From: an uncultured archaeon
Lineage (GTDB): Archaea; Asgardarchaeota; Hermodarchaeia; Hermodarchaeales; Hermodarchaeaceae
DNA length: 46,409 nucleotides
Assembly (NCBI GenBank): GCA_964347045.1
Contig: CAYFXC010000013.1
Location: forward strand, 1 to 46,409
Direction: 5' to 3'
Numbering within the stretch: position 1 is the stretch's first letter; every line of letters starts with the position of its first letter. The position numbers and the translations under genes were made by a program. Positions 18,845 through 28,460 of the stretch are shown here, piece by piece. The notes under the pieces are model-generated. The model was not told the DNA's origin and did no database searches. It was given only the letters and a program-made list of their open reading frames with translations.

Positions 18845-19696
18845 TTACCACCAATCCTTTAATGCCGGTAATGATTCCCGGTGAATAAGATCGATTGCGT
18901 TCTCCGGACAAGTTTCGTTGCAGAGGCCACATCCGTAACATTTCCACATATCAACATTCGCTTGTTCAGTAGCATTCGAAAAGGTTACCGCACCGAACTG
19001 GCATCGAGACAAGCATTCTCTACACCCAGAACACTTATCGATATCCACTTTGGCAACCCAGTGACTTCTGATTATATATTTAAAGCCCATATCGACTCGG
19101 GGTCGCAGGGCAATACAAAAAGGAAGCTCGCAATTACACACGGCCATAGCCATAGGAAGTGGTGTCCCTGCAAGGGTGTGAACACGTCCTTCTTGATTGA
19201 ATTGTCTTGTAAGAGCTACGGCTTCATCAACACTGATACGCTCCACCTTTTCCTCCTTTGAGGGAAACATTTCAGCGGTTTCACCATGCAGCCCTAAAGG
19301 AATGCAGCAACGATCGTTGGCCCCATTGATCATTTTTCGGCAAAGACATTCCACCAGATAGGGTTCGCCGGAGAGCTTGATGACCCCTTCAATTTCCTCA
19401 CGCGTGAGTACCTGAGCCCCATGCCCTTGTGGAAAGGTGAATGTAACGCCTTTTTCAAGGGGGTGGATTTGAAAGATCATATCATCCATCATTTTCCGGA
19501 TGCTTTCAGCCATTACGGGATTCGCCATTGCATCCCCCGCTTGAGCCGCAAGTTGAGCGTATTGTTGATGAACATAGTGCCAGTGATCCTTTTCCCACGG
19601 TTCAAATCCCATTTCTTTTGCATATTTTACTTCAACATGACGTTTGATTTCGAACCATTTTTTGCCAGCCCCATGGGCAGTGCAGATTTTACACAT
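18845..19696 (-). CDS. Cys-rich [4Fe-4S] dicluster protein
   Basis: MCKIC..HG.GKKW N-terminus, CLCR, CNC...C, C-terminal CSGCRECLSRC and CYGCGLCNETCP. Confidence 0.85.
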   Translation of the reverse strand: MCKICTAHGAGKKWFEIKRHVEVKYAKEMGFEPWEKDHWHYVHQQYAQLAAQAGDAMANPVMAESIRKMMDDMIFQIHPLEKGVTFTFPQGHGAQVLTREEIEGVIKLSGEPYLVECLCRKMINGANDRCCIPLGLHGETAEMFPSKEEKVERISVDEAVALTRQFNQEGRVHTLAGTPLPMAMAVCNCELPFCIALRPRVDMGFKYIIRSHWVAKVDIDKCSGCRECLSRCQFGAVTFSNATEQANVDMWKCYGCGLCNETCPENAIDLIHRESLPALKDWW

Positions 19697-19858
19697 AATG
19701 GTCACCAACAGTCCAGAATTTTGTTTACTGTATGTTCTTGGTTTTTCTTTGTTACGAACATTAGAATAAAGGAGATTGTTCAACGATGTTCCTAATACAA
19801 ATGAGAAGGAGTTATACCATACTTTTGATTATTCTTTCAACATTAGGGGCGTGTATTT

Positions 19859-20308
19859 TTGAGTCCGGATGATTGGGCATGTAAGCAGGGTGAGTTGCCA
19901 ACAAATGATTCAAAATACTTTGAGAATATGACAAGAGTAATTTTTCAAGCGGGGCTCAATTGGAAGGTTATTACAACGAAATGGCCTGATTTCGAGGATG
20001 CATTTGCTAAATTTGTTATCGCAAAGGTAGCTAGTTTTGACGACACGGATGTTAGTCGACTAATGGAAAATAAAGCAATTGTTCGAAATGAAGCCAAAAT
20101 TCGGGCAACGATTATGAATGCCAGTGTATTCCAGGAAATCGCTTCGATTCATGGTTCGTTTCATCCATACTTGAAGAATCTACTTGCAGAGAAAGGGCTC
20201 GATCAAACCATGAAAACGCTTCAAAAAGAATTCAATCGACTAGGCAAAATAAGTGTGCGGATTTTTTTGTGGAGCGTGGGTGTTGAAGTGCCCCATTCGG
20301 AACACTAG
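19859..20308 (+). CDS. tag: DNA-3-methyladenine glycosylase I (short form)
   Basis: YFE...IFQAGLNW, F..AF..F, IVRNEAKIRATI.NA. Confidence 0.85.
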   Translation: MSPDDWACKQGELPTNDSKYFENMTRVIFQAGLNWKVITTKWPDFEDAFAKFVIAKVASFDDTDVSRLMENKAIVRNEAKIRATIMNASVFQEIASIHGSFHPYLKNLLAEKGLDQTMKTLQKEFNRLGKISVRIFLWSVGVEVPHSEH

Positions 20309-20736
20309 CCTATGGTTTGGAGTTTCTTTTGATTCTGGGAGTGATCTTCGACGAGATGATCAAAAATATCTGGAACTTCATCAAGAAAGCCTAACTCGTT
20401 ACTCGTATCTCGGTAAAAGTCCTGAACCTGTTGTTCCATGGTGATAGCTAATTGGATTAATTTGTCATCAAGACATCCTGAAGGACATTCTGTTTTCGGA
20501 CGATAGTGCTCGCCCATAATACCTGTAACGGTCGCTTGTTTTTTGACAAGTGATAATTGACGGTAAAGTTGCATACGCATTTGAATACGACTTTGCCCTT
20601 GCATAATCATCGCTTCAAAGAGACTTTTCAACTCTTGGATTTGGGTGATAGGCGTCGCGGTTTCATAAAAGGCAGCAGCGGAGGCTTCAAGATCAATGGC
20701 AAAGTTGAGGAGGACACCAACAGTAGCAAGACCCAT
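20305..20736 (-). CDS. Ferritin/rubrerythrin-like four-helix protein
   Basis: FAIDLE...AFYE and AITME...FY repeats; some diiron ligands appear absent. Confidence 0.7.
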   Translation of the reverse strand: MGLATVGVLLNFAIDLEASAAAFYETATPITQIQELKSLFEAMIMQGQSRIQMRMQLYRQLSLVKKQATVTGIMGEHYRPKTECPSGCLDDKLIQLAITMEQQVQDFYRDTSNELGFLDEVPDIFDHLVEDHSQNQKKLQTIG

Positions 20737-20761
20737 GATCTCTCTTGTATTGATTTGACGT

Positions 20762-21976
20762 TTATTCTTTTTTGATGAATTCAACTGCATCGGCACCGCA
20801 GACTACAGCACAGAGCCCGCAACCGTCACACTTCTCAGGATCTACGACAAGATGTGTACCTTTCATGCGAATGGCTTGATAACCAGCGTCAGCACAAGCA
20901 ATTATACACTCTTTCCTAAGTTCACATCTTTCTGTATTAATCTGAGCAATGACAGGGGATAATTTTGGTAAATCGGTCCAGGTTGTAATGTTAGGAAGCG
21001 CTTTCCCAACCATCGAATCAAGGGTTTCGTACCCTTTCTTTTCCATGAAATTCGACAAATTCTTGACAAAATCACGAATTATGCGAAAACCAAACCACAT
21101 CACTGCGGTGCAAATCTGAATAGTGCTTGCTCCCACCATTAAGTACTCTACAGCGTTTTGCCAATTTTCGATGCCTCCAATTCCAGAGATAGGCGTATTT
21201 GGAAGGGCTTTGGCAATCTGCGACACAAAGCGTAAGCCTAGTGGTCGAATGGCTGGTCCACATAAGCCGCCATAGGTACTCTGGGGATGAGATAACTCTG
21301 GATCATAAGCAAACGGATGTGGTGTTGCGGTTTCAATATCAACACCAATGAGCGATTCGACTGTGTTGATCGCGGACAAGGCATCGGCGCCTCCTCTCAC
21401 AGCAGCCTTAGCAATTGGAACAATATCAGTCACGTTGGGGGTTAATTTCACAAACAGAGGTAGTTCTGTCCCCTTTTTTGCAGCCTTGGTTACTTTTTCG
21501 ACGAGTTCAGGATTTTGCCCAATAAACGCGCCCATATGTTTCTCGGGTGATCCATGAGGACACGAAACATTGAGTTCTAAAGCATCAACACCGGTTCGGG
21601 ACATGGTTTCGGCTAAGACAGTCCAGCCTTCTGGGTCAGGACCAGACATAATACTAGCAACCACAACGAAGCTGTTGGGAGCCTTGGCTTTAATTTCAGG
21701 AATCCACGAGTCGGTCCATTGCTTTAACGGATGCCGTGAAAGAAGCTCGATATTGTTCATCCCAATGAGCTTGCCTTCTTTACGTAGTACCCCTAACCGT
21801 ATACGCGGATCCACGGTGGGTTCCTCGGTCACAGTTTTTAATACCGCGCCACCCCAACCGAGTTTTGCAGCACGAATCACCCGTCGAGCATCGAGTGTGG
21901 GCGGGGCAGATGATAGCATAAAGGGATTTGTAAATTGAATACCCGCAAATTCGATTCCTAAGGCATGCTTTGACAT
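20762..21976 (-). CDS. preA: Dihydropyrimidine dehydrogenase FMN subunit PreA with C-terminal 2x[4Fe-4S]
   Basis: NPFMLSSAPP, GWGGAVLKT, NNIEL, ELNVSCPHG, KLTPNVTDI, INT, CIIACAD, CDGCGLCAVVC. Confidence 0.93.
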   Translation of the reverse strand: MSKHALGIEFAGIQFTNPFMLSSAPPTLDARRVIRAAKLGWGGAVLKTVTEEPTVDPRIRLGVLRKEGKLIGMNNIELLSRHPLKQWTDSWIPEIKAKAPNSFVVVASIMSGPDPEGWTVLAETMSRTGVDALELNVSCPHGSPEKHMGAFIGQNPELVEKVTKAAKKGTELPLFVKLTPNVTDIVPIAKAAVRGGADALSAINTVESLIGVDIETATPHPFAYDPELSHPQSTYGGLCGPAIRPLGLRFVSQIAKALPNTPISGIGGIENWQNAVEYLMVGASTIQICTAVMWFGFRIIRDFVKNLSNFMEKKGYETLDSMVGKALPNITTWTDLPKLSPVIAQINTERCELRKECIIACADAGYQAIRMKGTHLVVDPEKCDGCGLCAVVCGADAVEFIKKE

Positions 21977-22080
21977 AAAATGAATAACCTCCGATTGATT
22001 CTAAATAGAAGATTCCTCTAGATAAAACCTTTAGTGTAACAATGTGTAATCTAAAAGTTCCCCTGATGGAGTTGAATCCT

Positions 22081-23418
22081 ATGGATGAAAAGCTTGTTCC
22101 AGAAGATTTGCGTAAAGCCTATTCTGCTAAAGAGATCCTTGAGATAGAAAAAAAACACGTAATTCCTGCAGTTTCACATTATTATGAAGAGCCACTGCTG
22201 CTGGTGCGAGGTGAAGGTGCAACTCTTGAGGATGCAAAAGGGAAAAAGTACATAGATTTGTTTGCAGGGATTTGCACAACGATTACTGGATATTCGCACC
22301 CGAAATTTGTTGCAACACTAAAATGGCAACTAGATCGACTGGTTTACACAAGTTCATTGTATGCAACTATTCCATATGCAGTGTTGGCTAAACGGCTTGT
22401 GGAAATTGCACCCAAGGGAATAAGCCAGTCATTCATCGTCAATAGTGGTTCCGAAGCCAATGAAGCTGCACTATTCATGGCGCGGAAATTCAAAAATAAC
22501 CCCTATGTTGTTGCGTGTACTCATGCTTATCATGGGCGAACGATGCTTGCGCGCGAAATATCAAGTGCGGGATGGCGAACTGTTCCGGAAGCACACCCCC
22601 CGGGCGTCCGGTTTCAACCCTATGGGTATTGCTATCGTTGTCCCTTTGCAAAGGAATATCCCGAGTGTGATTTGCAATGTGCACGATATCTTCGGGAATT
22701 AATCCGTACCCAAACTAATAAGGCCATAGCGGCCTTTATTGTTGAACCAATACAGGGCGTAGGCGGGATTATTCAGCCACCTCCTGAATTCTTTCAAATT
22801 ACCAATGAGATTGTAAAAGAATTCGATGGGCTTTATATCAGCGATGAAGTGCAAACAGGCTTTGGTCGAACAGGTAAGAAGTGGTGGGGTATACAACATG
22901 CGGGAGTCAACCCTGATATTGTAACTATGGCGAAGGGATTTGGAAGTGGCATTCCAATTGGCGGATTCCTGACTCGACCTGAATACGCTGAAGAGTACAC
23001 CACAACGGATAGTTTTGCTACATTCGGAGGGAATCCATTATCTTGTGCAGGAGCTATTGCGGTGCTTGACATCATTCAGGAAAGTAATTACCTACAACGT
23101 GCGTTCGAACAAGGAAGGTATTTGAGAAAACAATTAGAAGCACTCAAACAAGAGCACAAAATTGTAGGAGAGGTACGTGGGCAGGGAATGATGCAAGGCA
23201 TCGAATTAGTTCGTAACCAAGATACGAAGGAACCAGCGTCTCAAGAATTACTCCAAGTCATGGAATTGTGTAAAATTGAGGGATTGCTCATTGGTAAAGG
23301 AGGAATCGACGGAAACGCCATCCGAATCCAACCACCACTAGAACTGACCAAAGAACAGATAGATGAAGCCTACCAAATCCTTGACAAAGCTTTCACGCAA
23401 GTCGAAAAAACCCTCTAA
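22081..23418 (+). CDS. Class III PLP aminotransferase (AGXT2/PydD-like, probably beta-alanine transaminase)
   Basis: NSGSEANE, AYHG, EPIQGVGG, DEVQTGFGRTG, TMAKG (PLP Lys), TFGGNP; lies within the pyrimidine catabolic cluster. Confidence 0.88.
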   Translation: MDEKLVPEDLRKAYSAKEILEIEKKHVIPAVSHYYEEPLLLVRGEGATLEDAKGKKYIDLFAGICTTITGYSHPKFVATLKWQLDRLVYTSSLYATIPYAVLAKRLVEIAPKGISQSFIVNSGSEANEAALFMARKFKNNPYVVACTHAYHGRTMLAREISSAGWRTVPEAHPPGVRFQPYGYCYRCPFAKEYPECDLQCARYLRELIRTQTNKAIAAFIVEPIQGVGGIIQPPPEFFQITNEIVKEFDGLYISDEVQTGFGRTGKKWWGIQHAGVNPDIVTMAKGFGSGIPIGGFLTRPEYAEEYTTTDSFATFGGNPLSCAGAIAVLDIIQESNYLQRAFEQGRYLRKQLEALKQEHKIVGEVRGQGMMQGIELVRNQDTKEPASQELLQVMELCKIEGLLIGKGGIDGNAIRIQPPLELTKEQIDEAYQILDKAFTQVEKTL

Positions 23419-24284
23419 AGATCACACAATTCTTTGTATAGATCAGGACGGCGATCTCGGAAGAACTGCCATGTGGACCGAACTTCCTTAATCATATCCA
23501 AATCAATGTCAACGACGAGTAGTTCATCCTTCTCCGATGAGGCTTGTTTAACAATTTCGCCACGTGGATTAGCAACATATGAACTTCCATAGAAAGTTCC
23601 CATCTTCCAAGGACTTTCGCCGACACGGTTAATTGCTGCTATGAAATAGCCATTGGCTACAGCGTGTGCGGGTTGTTCAAGGGTCCATAGATGATCAGAA
23701 AGTCCTTGAACGGTTGCAGAGGGATTGAATACAATTTCAGCCCCATTTAAGCCCAGAGCACGGGCCCCTTCAGGAAAGTGCCTATCATAGCAGATGTAGA
23801 TACCAATTTTCCCATACATAGTGTCAAAAACAGGATACCCCAAGTTTCCAGGTCGGAAATAGAATTTCTCCCAAAAACCAGGTCCTAAGTGGGGAATATG
23901 GGTTTTACGATATTTTCCGAGAAGCGTCCCGTTATTATCCAGAACAATCGCAGTATTATAGAACACACCTTTCATTTCTTCTTCGTACATTGGCGCAATT
24001 AGAATCAGATTATTGGTTTTGGCCAGATGGCTCATACGATCACTAAGGGGTCCTGGAATCGGTTCAGCAAATTCATACCAGAGGGGTTTTTGTTCCGCAC
24101 AAAAATAAGGTCCAAAGAACAACTCTTGAAAACAGAGAATGTGCACGCCTTCCTTTGCTGCAATCTCTGCGAAGGCTTCGTGTTTTCGAATCATCGATTC
24201 AATGTTCTTTCGAATTGCTTTTTCATCCGAAACGCTACCTTCCCACCGGGATTGTACTAGGCCAATACGAACTTTTCGCATCAT
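23415..24284 (-). CDS. Beta-ureidopropionase (nitrilase superfamily)
   Basis: QELF (E), KYRKTHIP (K), ICYDRHFPE (C), FWEKFYF.PGNLGYPVF, WQFFRDRRP. Confidence 0.9.
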   Translation of the reverse strand: MMRKVRIGLVQSRWEGSVSDEKAIRKNIESMIRKHEAFAEIAAKEGVHILCFQELFFGPYFCAEQKPLWYEFAEPIPGPLSDRMSHLAKTNNLILIAPMYEEEMKGVFYNTAIVLDNNGTLLGKYRKTHIPHLGPGFWEKFYFRPGNLGYPVFDTMYGKIGIYICYDRHFPEGARALGLNGAEIVFNPSATVQGLSDHLWTLEQPAHAVANGYFIAAINRVGESPWKMGTFYGSSYVANPRGEIVKQASSEKDELLVVDIDLDMIKEVRSTWQFFRDRRPDLYKELCDL

Positions 24285-24391
24285 TTTTACACCATATGAA
24301 AATTAGAATAAACATAGGTCTTTCGTGATTTAGGCATTTCCCAAAGCAATAAAGGGCAAAAAAGAGGGAAAACCTTGAGAAGTGACTTTCT

Positions 24392-25786
24392 ATGAAGCTG
24401 GATTTATTGATAAAAAATGGAACCCTTGTAACTGCCACTGATACAATTCAAGCAGATGTCGGAGTAGAAGGTGAAAAAATTGTTTCAATTGCAGAGAACA
24501 TAGATCCAACTTCAGATACTGTGGTTGTTGAAGCCAAAGACATGTATGTCTTTCCGGGCGCGATTGATGTTCATGTTCATTTCCAGTTACCTTTCAGTGG
24601 AACCATTTCCGCTGATGACTTTGAGAACGGAACAAAAGCGGCGGCAATGGGAGGTGTCACAACAGTACTTGATTTTGCTATTCAACAAAAAGGCCATTCA
24701 ATCATGGAAGCCGTCAAAGCTCGTCGGAAAGAAGCCGATGGAAAAGTTTGCATAGATTACGGGCTACATGCGGCCATAACCGATTGGAATCCACAAACCC
24801 AGGCAGAAATCAAACAAATCATCGAATACGGAATTCCAACCTTTAAGATGTTCATGATCTACAAAAATGAGGGGTGGATGGCCGATGACGGTATGCTCTT
24901 TCAGGCTCTTGAAGAAACCAAGAAATTTGGCGGAATGATTGGCGTTCATGCGGAAAGTGTTGATATTCTTGATATGCTCATTGAACGATATGCACAAGAA
25001 AAGGAAAAATGGGGAGCATATGCCCACACACTTTCACGACCTGATTATACTGAGTCTGAAGCGGTCCAGCGAGCCATTAAATGGGCAGAAGTGACAGGTG
25101 GACGGTTGTATATTGTCCATATGTCAGCGGGAGAAAGTGCTCAATATGTTCATGATGCCCGAGAAAGAGGAGTGCATGTGTATGCTGAAACTTGCCCACA
25201 ATACCTTCTCCTAGATGATTCGGTCTTTAAAGGAGAAAATGGTCACCTGTATGCTACCTGTCCACAAATTAAGAAAAAGGAAGATAGTATGAGACTCTGG
25301 AAAGGCTTAATCGACGGTGACATCCAGATTGTCGCCACTGACACCTGTACCTTTGATACTAAACAGAAAGCCATGTGGGAAGGTGATTTCCGTAGGATTC
25401 CTTTTGGGTTGCCCGGGGTGGAAACAATGTTTCCTCTTCTCTACACTGAAGGGGTGGCTAAAAAGCGATTCTCAATAAACCACTTGGTGCGCCTTGCGAG
25501 TACGAATCCCGCCAAAATCTTTGGAATGTTTCCTCGGAAAGGAACAATTGCGTCTGGGAGTGACGCGGATTTAGTCGTTTTTGATCCCAACAAACAGGTT
25601 ACCATACATGCGAAGGACTTGCAAACTAATTGTGATTGGAGCCCATTTGAAGGATGGCAACTGAAAGGCTACCCCCACACTACAATCTCGCGAGGTGAGC
25701 TTGTCGTATCAGATGGAAAATTTGTTGGCAAGTGTGGACGTGGTCAATTCCTTAAACGTCAAGCCGTCAAACAGCTTGATATCTAG
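24392..25786 (+). CDS. hydA: Dihydropyrimidinase
   Basis: IDVHVH, GGVTT, FKMFM (carbamylated K), VHAE, VHMS, ETCPQYL, NPAKIFG. Confidence 0.94.
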   Translation: MKLDLLIKNGTLVTATDTIQADVGVEGEKIVSIAENIDPTSDTVVVEAKDMYVFPGAIDVHVHFQLPFSGTISADDFENGTKAAAMGGVTTVLDFAIQQKGHSIMEAVKARRKEADGKVCIDYGLHAAITDWNPQTQAEIKQIIEYGIPTFKMFMIYKNEGWMADDGMLFQALEETKKFGGMIGVHAESVDILDMLIERYAQEKEKWGAYAHTLSRPDYTESEAVQRAIKWAEVTGGRLYIVHMSAGESAQYVHDARERGVHVYAETCPQYLLLDDSVFKGENGHLYATCPQIKKKEDSMRLWKGLIDGDIQIVATDTCTFDTKQKAMWEGDFRRIPFGLPGVETMFPLLYTEGVAKKRFSINHLVRLASTNPAKIFGMFPRKGTIASGSDADLVVFDPNKQVTIHAKDLQTNCDWSPFEGWQLKGYPHTTISRGELVVSDGKFVGKCGRGQFLKRQAVKQLDI

Positions 25787-25809
25787 CAATTTTCACGAAT
25801 TCGCAGAAT

Positions 25810-26262
25810 CTATTCAAGATTTTTTGCTGCAAAAACGGCTTCTTCTTGTCCAGTATTCGGTTCTATTGAACCATGGCGAAGATGACGAATTTGTGATATC
25901 GCAGATTCGGGTGAAACGCTTTTTCGTTGCACAAGATAAAGTGCAAGAAGCATTCCGGTTCGCCCTAAACCACCTTGACAATGGACAAGGGTTGGGAGAT
26001 TTTTTTCACGGAATTTATCAATTATCTGAAGCGCTTTTTCCCGTTGATCAGATGATCCCGCGGTGAAATCTGGAATCGCAATGGTTTTGACCTGAATTCC
26101 TAGCTGTTGAGCTTTTTCGTGATCTGCGGGGGCTAGAGGGTGAAGTGAGAGAATGGCACGAATTCCCTGCGTATTAAATAACCAATCTAGACACGGCCCA
26201 GGGTAGCCTGAACCCGCGAGTTCTCCTTCCGCTAGCCAGTAAAAGCCACAGGTTTCAACCAT
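25810..26262 (-). CDS. Dual-specificity / protein-tyrosine phosphatase
   Basis: IPDF acid loop and HCQGGLGRTG (CX5R). Confidence 0.9.
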   Translation of the reverse strand: MVETCGFYWLAEGELAGSGYPGPCLDWLFNTQGIRAILSLHPLAPADHEKAQQLGIQVKTIAIPDFTAGSSDQREKALQIIDKFREKNLPTLVHCQGGLGRTGMLLALYLVQRKSVSPESAISQIRHLRHGSIEPNTGQEEAVFAAKNLE

Positions 26263-26363
26263 AGAAACTCACTTTATGAAAGAGAAGACATGATAGAGTA
26301 AATAGATTTTTAGTTCTTACAGGAGGCGTAGAAGTGCTTCTTGATTTCATGATGTGATTAACG

Positions 26364-27185
26364 ATGGTAAAAGTGGCGTTAGTGGAATTGGAAAAAGATG
26401 CAACTACGTCCTTTCAACGCGCACTCAAATTAATTGGAGGTATTTCTGACCTCAATCTGCCGAACCGGGAAGTGCTGTTTAAAGTTGGAGTTTTTGAGCC
26501 GAAACAGCAAGCATATACGACGGTACCTGTGGCACGAGCCATCGTTGAAAGTTTTTCGCTAGTACCAAAAATTTGGATGATCGAATCCGATAATTATCGT
26601 GGATCGGCAATCGAACGGCTTCAAATTTGGAAGGACCTATTTTCAGATCGAGTAGTACCCTTTAATCTCTCTGATGAGACACAGGTAAAGCCAGTAGATA
26701 TCGCGGGAGAAGAGATGCAACTTTCACATCTGTTATTTGAAAATCGTGTCCTTATTAGCTCACATAACTTACGTCGATATGCAAGAGGATCCGTAATTAA
26801 GAACCTCTTTGGCCTACTTCCAATGAAAAAGAAAGCAGTATACCATAAGAACTTAGAGCCCCTGCTTCTCGACCTATTCGAAGCGGTAGGGGGAATCGAC
26901 TTAGCTGTGATTGACGGAACCTATGCATTTCCAACTCCCGCGGCGAAAATTGAAAAACGACTCCCTATCAACGTGATTCTGGTTGGACGAGATGCGGTCG
27001 CTGTAGATGCCGTGGGGTTTGCATTATTCGGCAAAGATCCAGTAAAAATGCCGATAATCAAGAAAGCAATGAAGCGGGGATTAGGGCAAGGTGATCTTGC
27101 TAAGATTGATATTGTCGGTAGTGAATTTGTACAAATTCGAGAAAAAATTGTATCTGCTTTTAAGGCGAAAAACGTGCGTATCTAG
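26364..27185 (+). CDS. DUF362 domain protein
   Basis: ESD, KNLFG, IDG, D.VAVDA, GLG signatures. Confidence 0.8.
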   Translation: MVKVALVELEKDATTSFQRALKLIGGISDLNLPNREVLFKVGVFEPKQQAYTTVPVARAIVESFSLVPKIWMIESDNYRGSAIERLQIWKDLFSDRVVPFNLSDETQVKPVDIAGEEMQLSHLLFENRVLISSHNLRRYARGSVIKNLFGLLPMKKKAVYHKNLEPLLLDLFEAVGGIDLAVIDGTYAFPTPAAKIEKRLPINVILVGRDAVAVDAVGFALFGKDPVKMPIIKKAMKRGLGQGDLAKIDIVGSEFVQIREKIVSAFKAKNVRI

Positions 27186-27189
27186 ATAG

Positions 27190-28329
27190 CTAAATGGATT
27201 TACAAAGAGCGTCAAATGTCTCAGAAATCCTGGGACGCCATTCATGATGAAGTTCAAGGCGCTGTTGATCTGCTTGTAAAAATTTTGCGACGGCGGGAGA
27301 CTGTAAGGTTTGATTTAGAATTAATGCCTTGTTGAGATAGGGAATCGAAGCGTTGATTGCTGCTGTCCACAAAGTGAGTTCTTCTTCAGCTTGTTTTAAG
27401 GCCAAAGGCAAAGTATCAGTAGGCAGAGGATCAGGAATAAGGTCACCGACATTTTGAGAGGGATTCAATCCCAATGTGATTAACACCTGTTCAACTGGAG
27501 TCTCTTCTGGTAATACAGCATTTAGAAGTGCCGTTTGTTCGTTAATAAGAACAGAATACACTTGGGAGCGGATTTGAACAAAATTACGCAGATTCTTGGT
27601 TCCCTCAAGAAGTTGTTTAATCAAACCTTGACTGGCCTGAAGCTCTTCAGGTGAATATGTGGCGATGGTAGAAGAATCACTAACAAACATCGGCATTGCT
27701 GACACTACTTGTGAAATTGTATCCAAGTATCGACCAAATTGCTGTAGGGTAATGGATGGATCTCCGCGCGTGTCGATTTCTTGAAGAAGAGTCGAGAGAG
27801 GAATTAGAAAGTCACGACGTGATCGTTCTCGCCAACTTTTAGCGATTTGTTGGGATCCAACAAAAAATGGTCCACCAAATTCATCTGCCAATTTTATTAA
27901 ACTGGAAGCGTCTACTAGCAGTTCATGAGATGTTGCAATGAGCCGATCCAGCTCTTGCGCGGCGTCTTCGAGAACCCACCTCAGATAATTTTGATCAAAG
28001 TTCTTGGACGGCAGAACTTCTGAGGCACGTAATTCCTGTTTTTGAATTTTAATGATTTCACGTTGTGTTGCACCTAGGTTCCGCGCAAGCCCCAGAGTGT
28101 GATCAACCCAGTTCCGTACCAATTCAATATAGTTTTGGATAATTCGAAGTGCTTCAAGTAGAGAGTGGAGCCACTTGGTTTCCATCCGAACTGTTGTATC
28201 AGGTTCTTGAAGTATTGTTTTAAGTTGGTCAATGTTGTAGATTCCAGAATCCACTAGAAGCAGAGCTACGATATAATCGCGCACGGTCTCAGAATGTTGA
28301 GTAAACGCTTGACGTAGGGCATTCATCAA
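27190..28329 (-). CDS. Hypothetical all-alpha protein (379 aa)
   Basis: Long uninterrupted ORF, L/Q/E-rich amphipathic helices, no recognised motif. Confidence 0.75.
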   Translation of the reverse strand: MMNALRQAFTQHSETVRDYIVALLLVDSGIYNIDQLKTILQEPDTTVRMETKWLHSLLEALRIIQNYIELVRNWVDHTLGLARNLGATQREIIKIQKQELRASEVLPSKNFDQNYLRWVLEDAAQELDRLIATSHELLVDASSLIKLADEFGGPFFVGSQQIAKSWRERSRRDFLIPLSTLLQEIDTRGDPSITLQQFGRYLDTISQVVSAMPMFVSDSSTIATYSPEELQASQGLIKQLLEGTKNLRNFVQIRSQVYSVLINEQTALLNAVLPEETPVEQVLITLGLNPSQNVGDLIPDPLPTDTLPLALKQAEEELTLWTAAINASIPYLNKALILNQTLQSPAVAKFLQADQQRLELHHEWRPRISETFDALCKSI

Positions 28330-28460
28330 ATTTCTCTCTCATATTATATGTAAAGGCGTTTCGGAAGACGCCCCAGATATTCTTAGACTGTTAAGAAGAC
28401 CGCATTCAAATTTCACCTAGCACCTAGGGAGTTTTTGAATCTCTTTGACACAAACTTACT

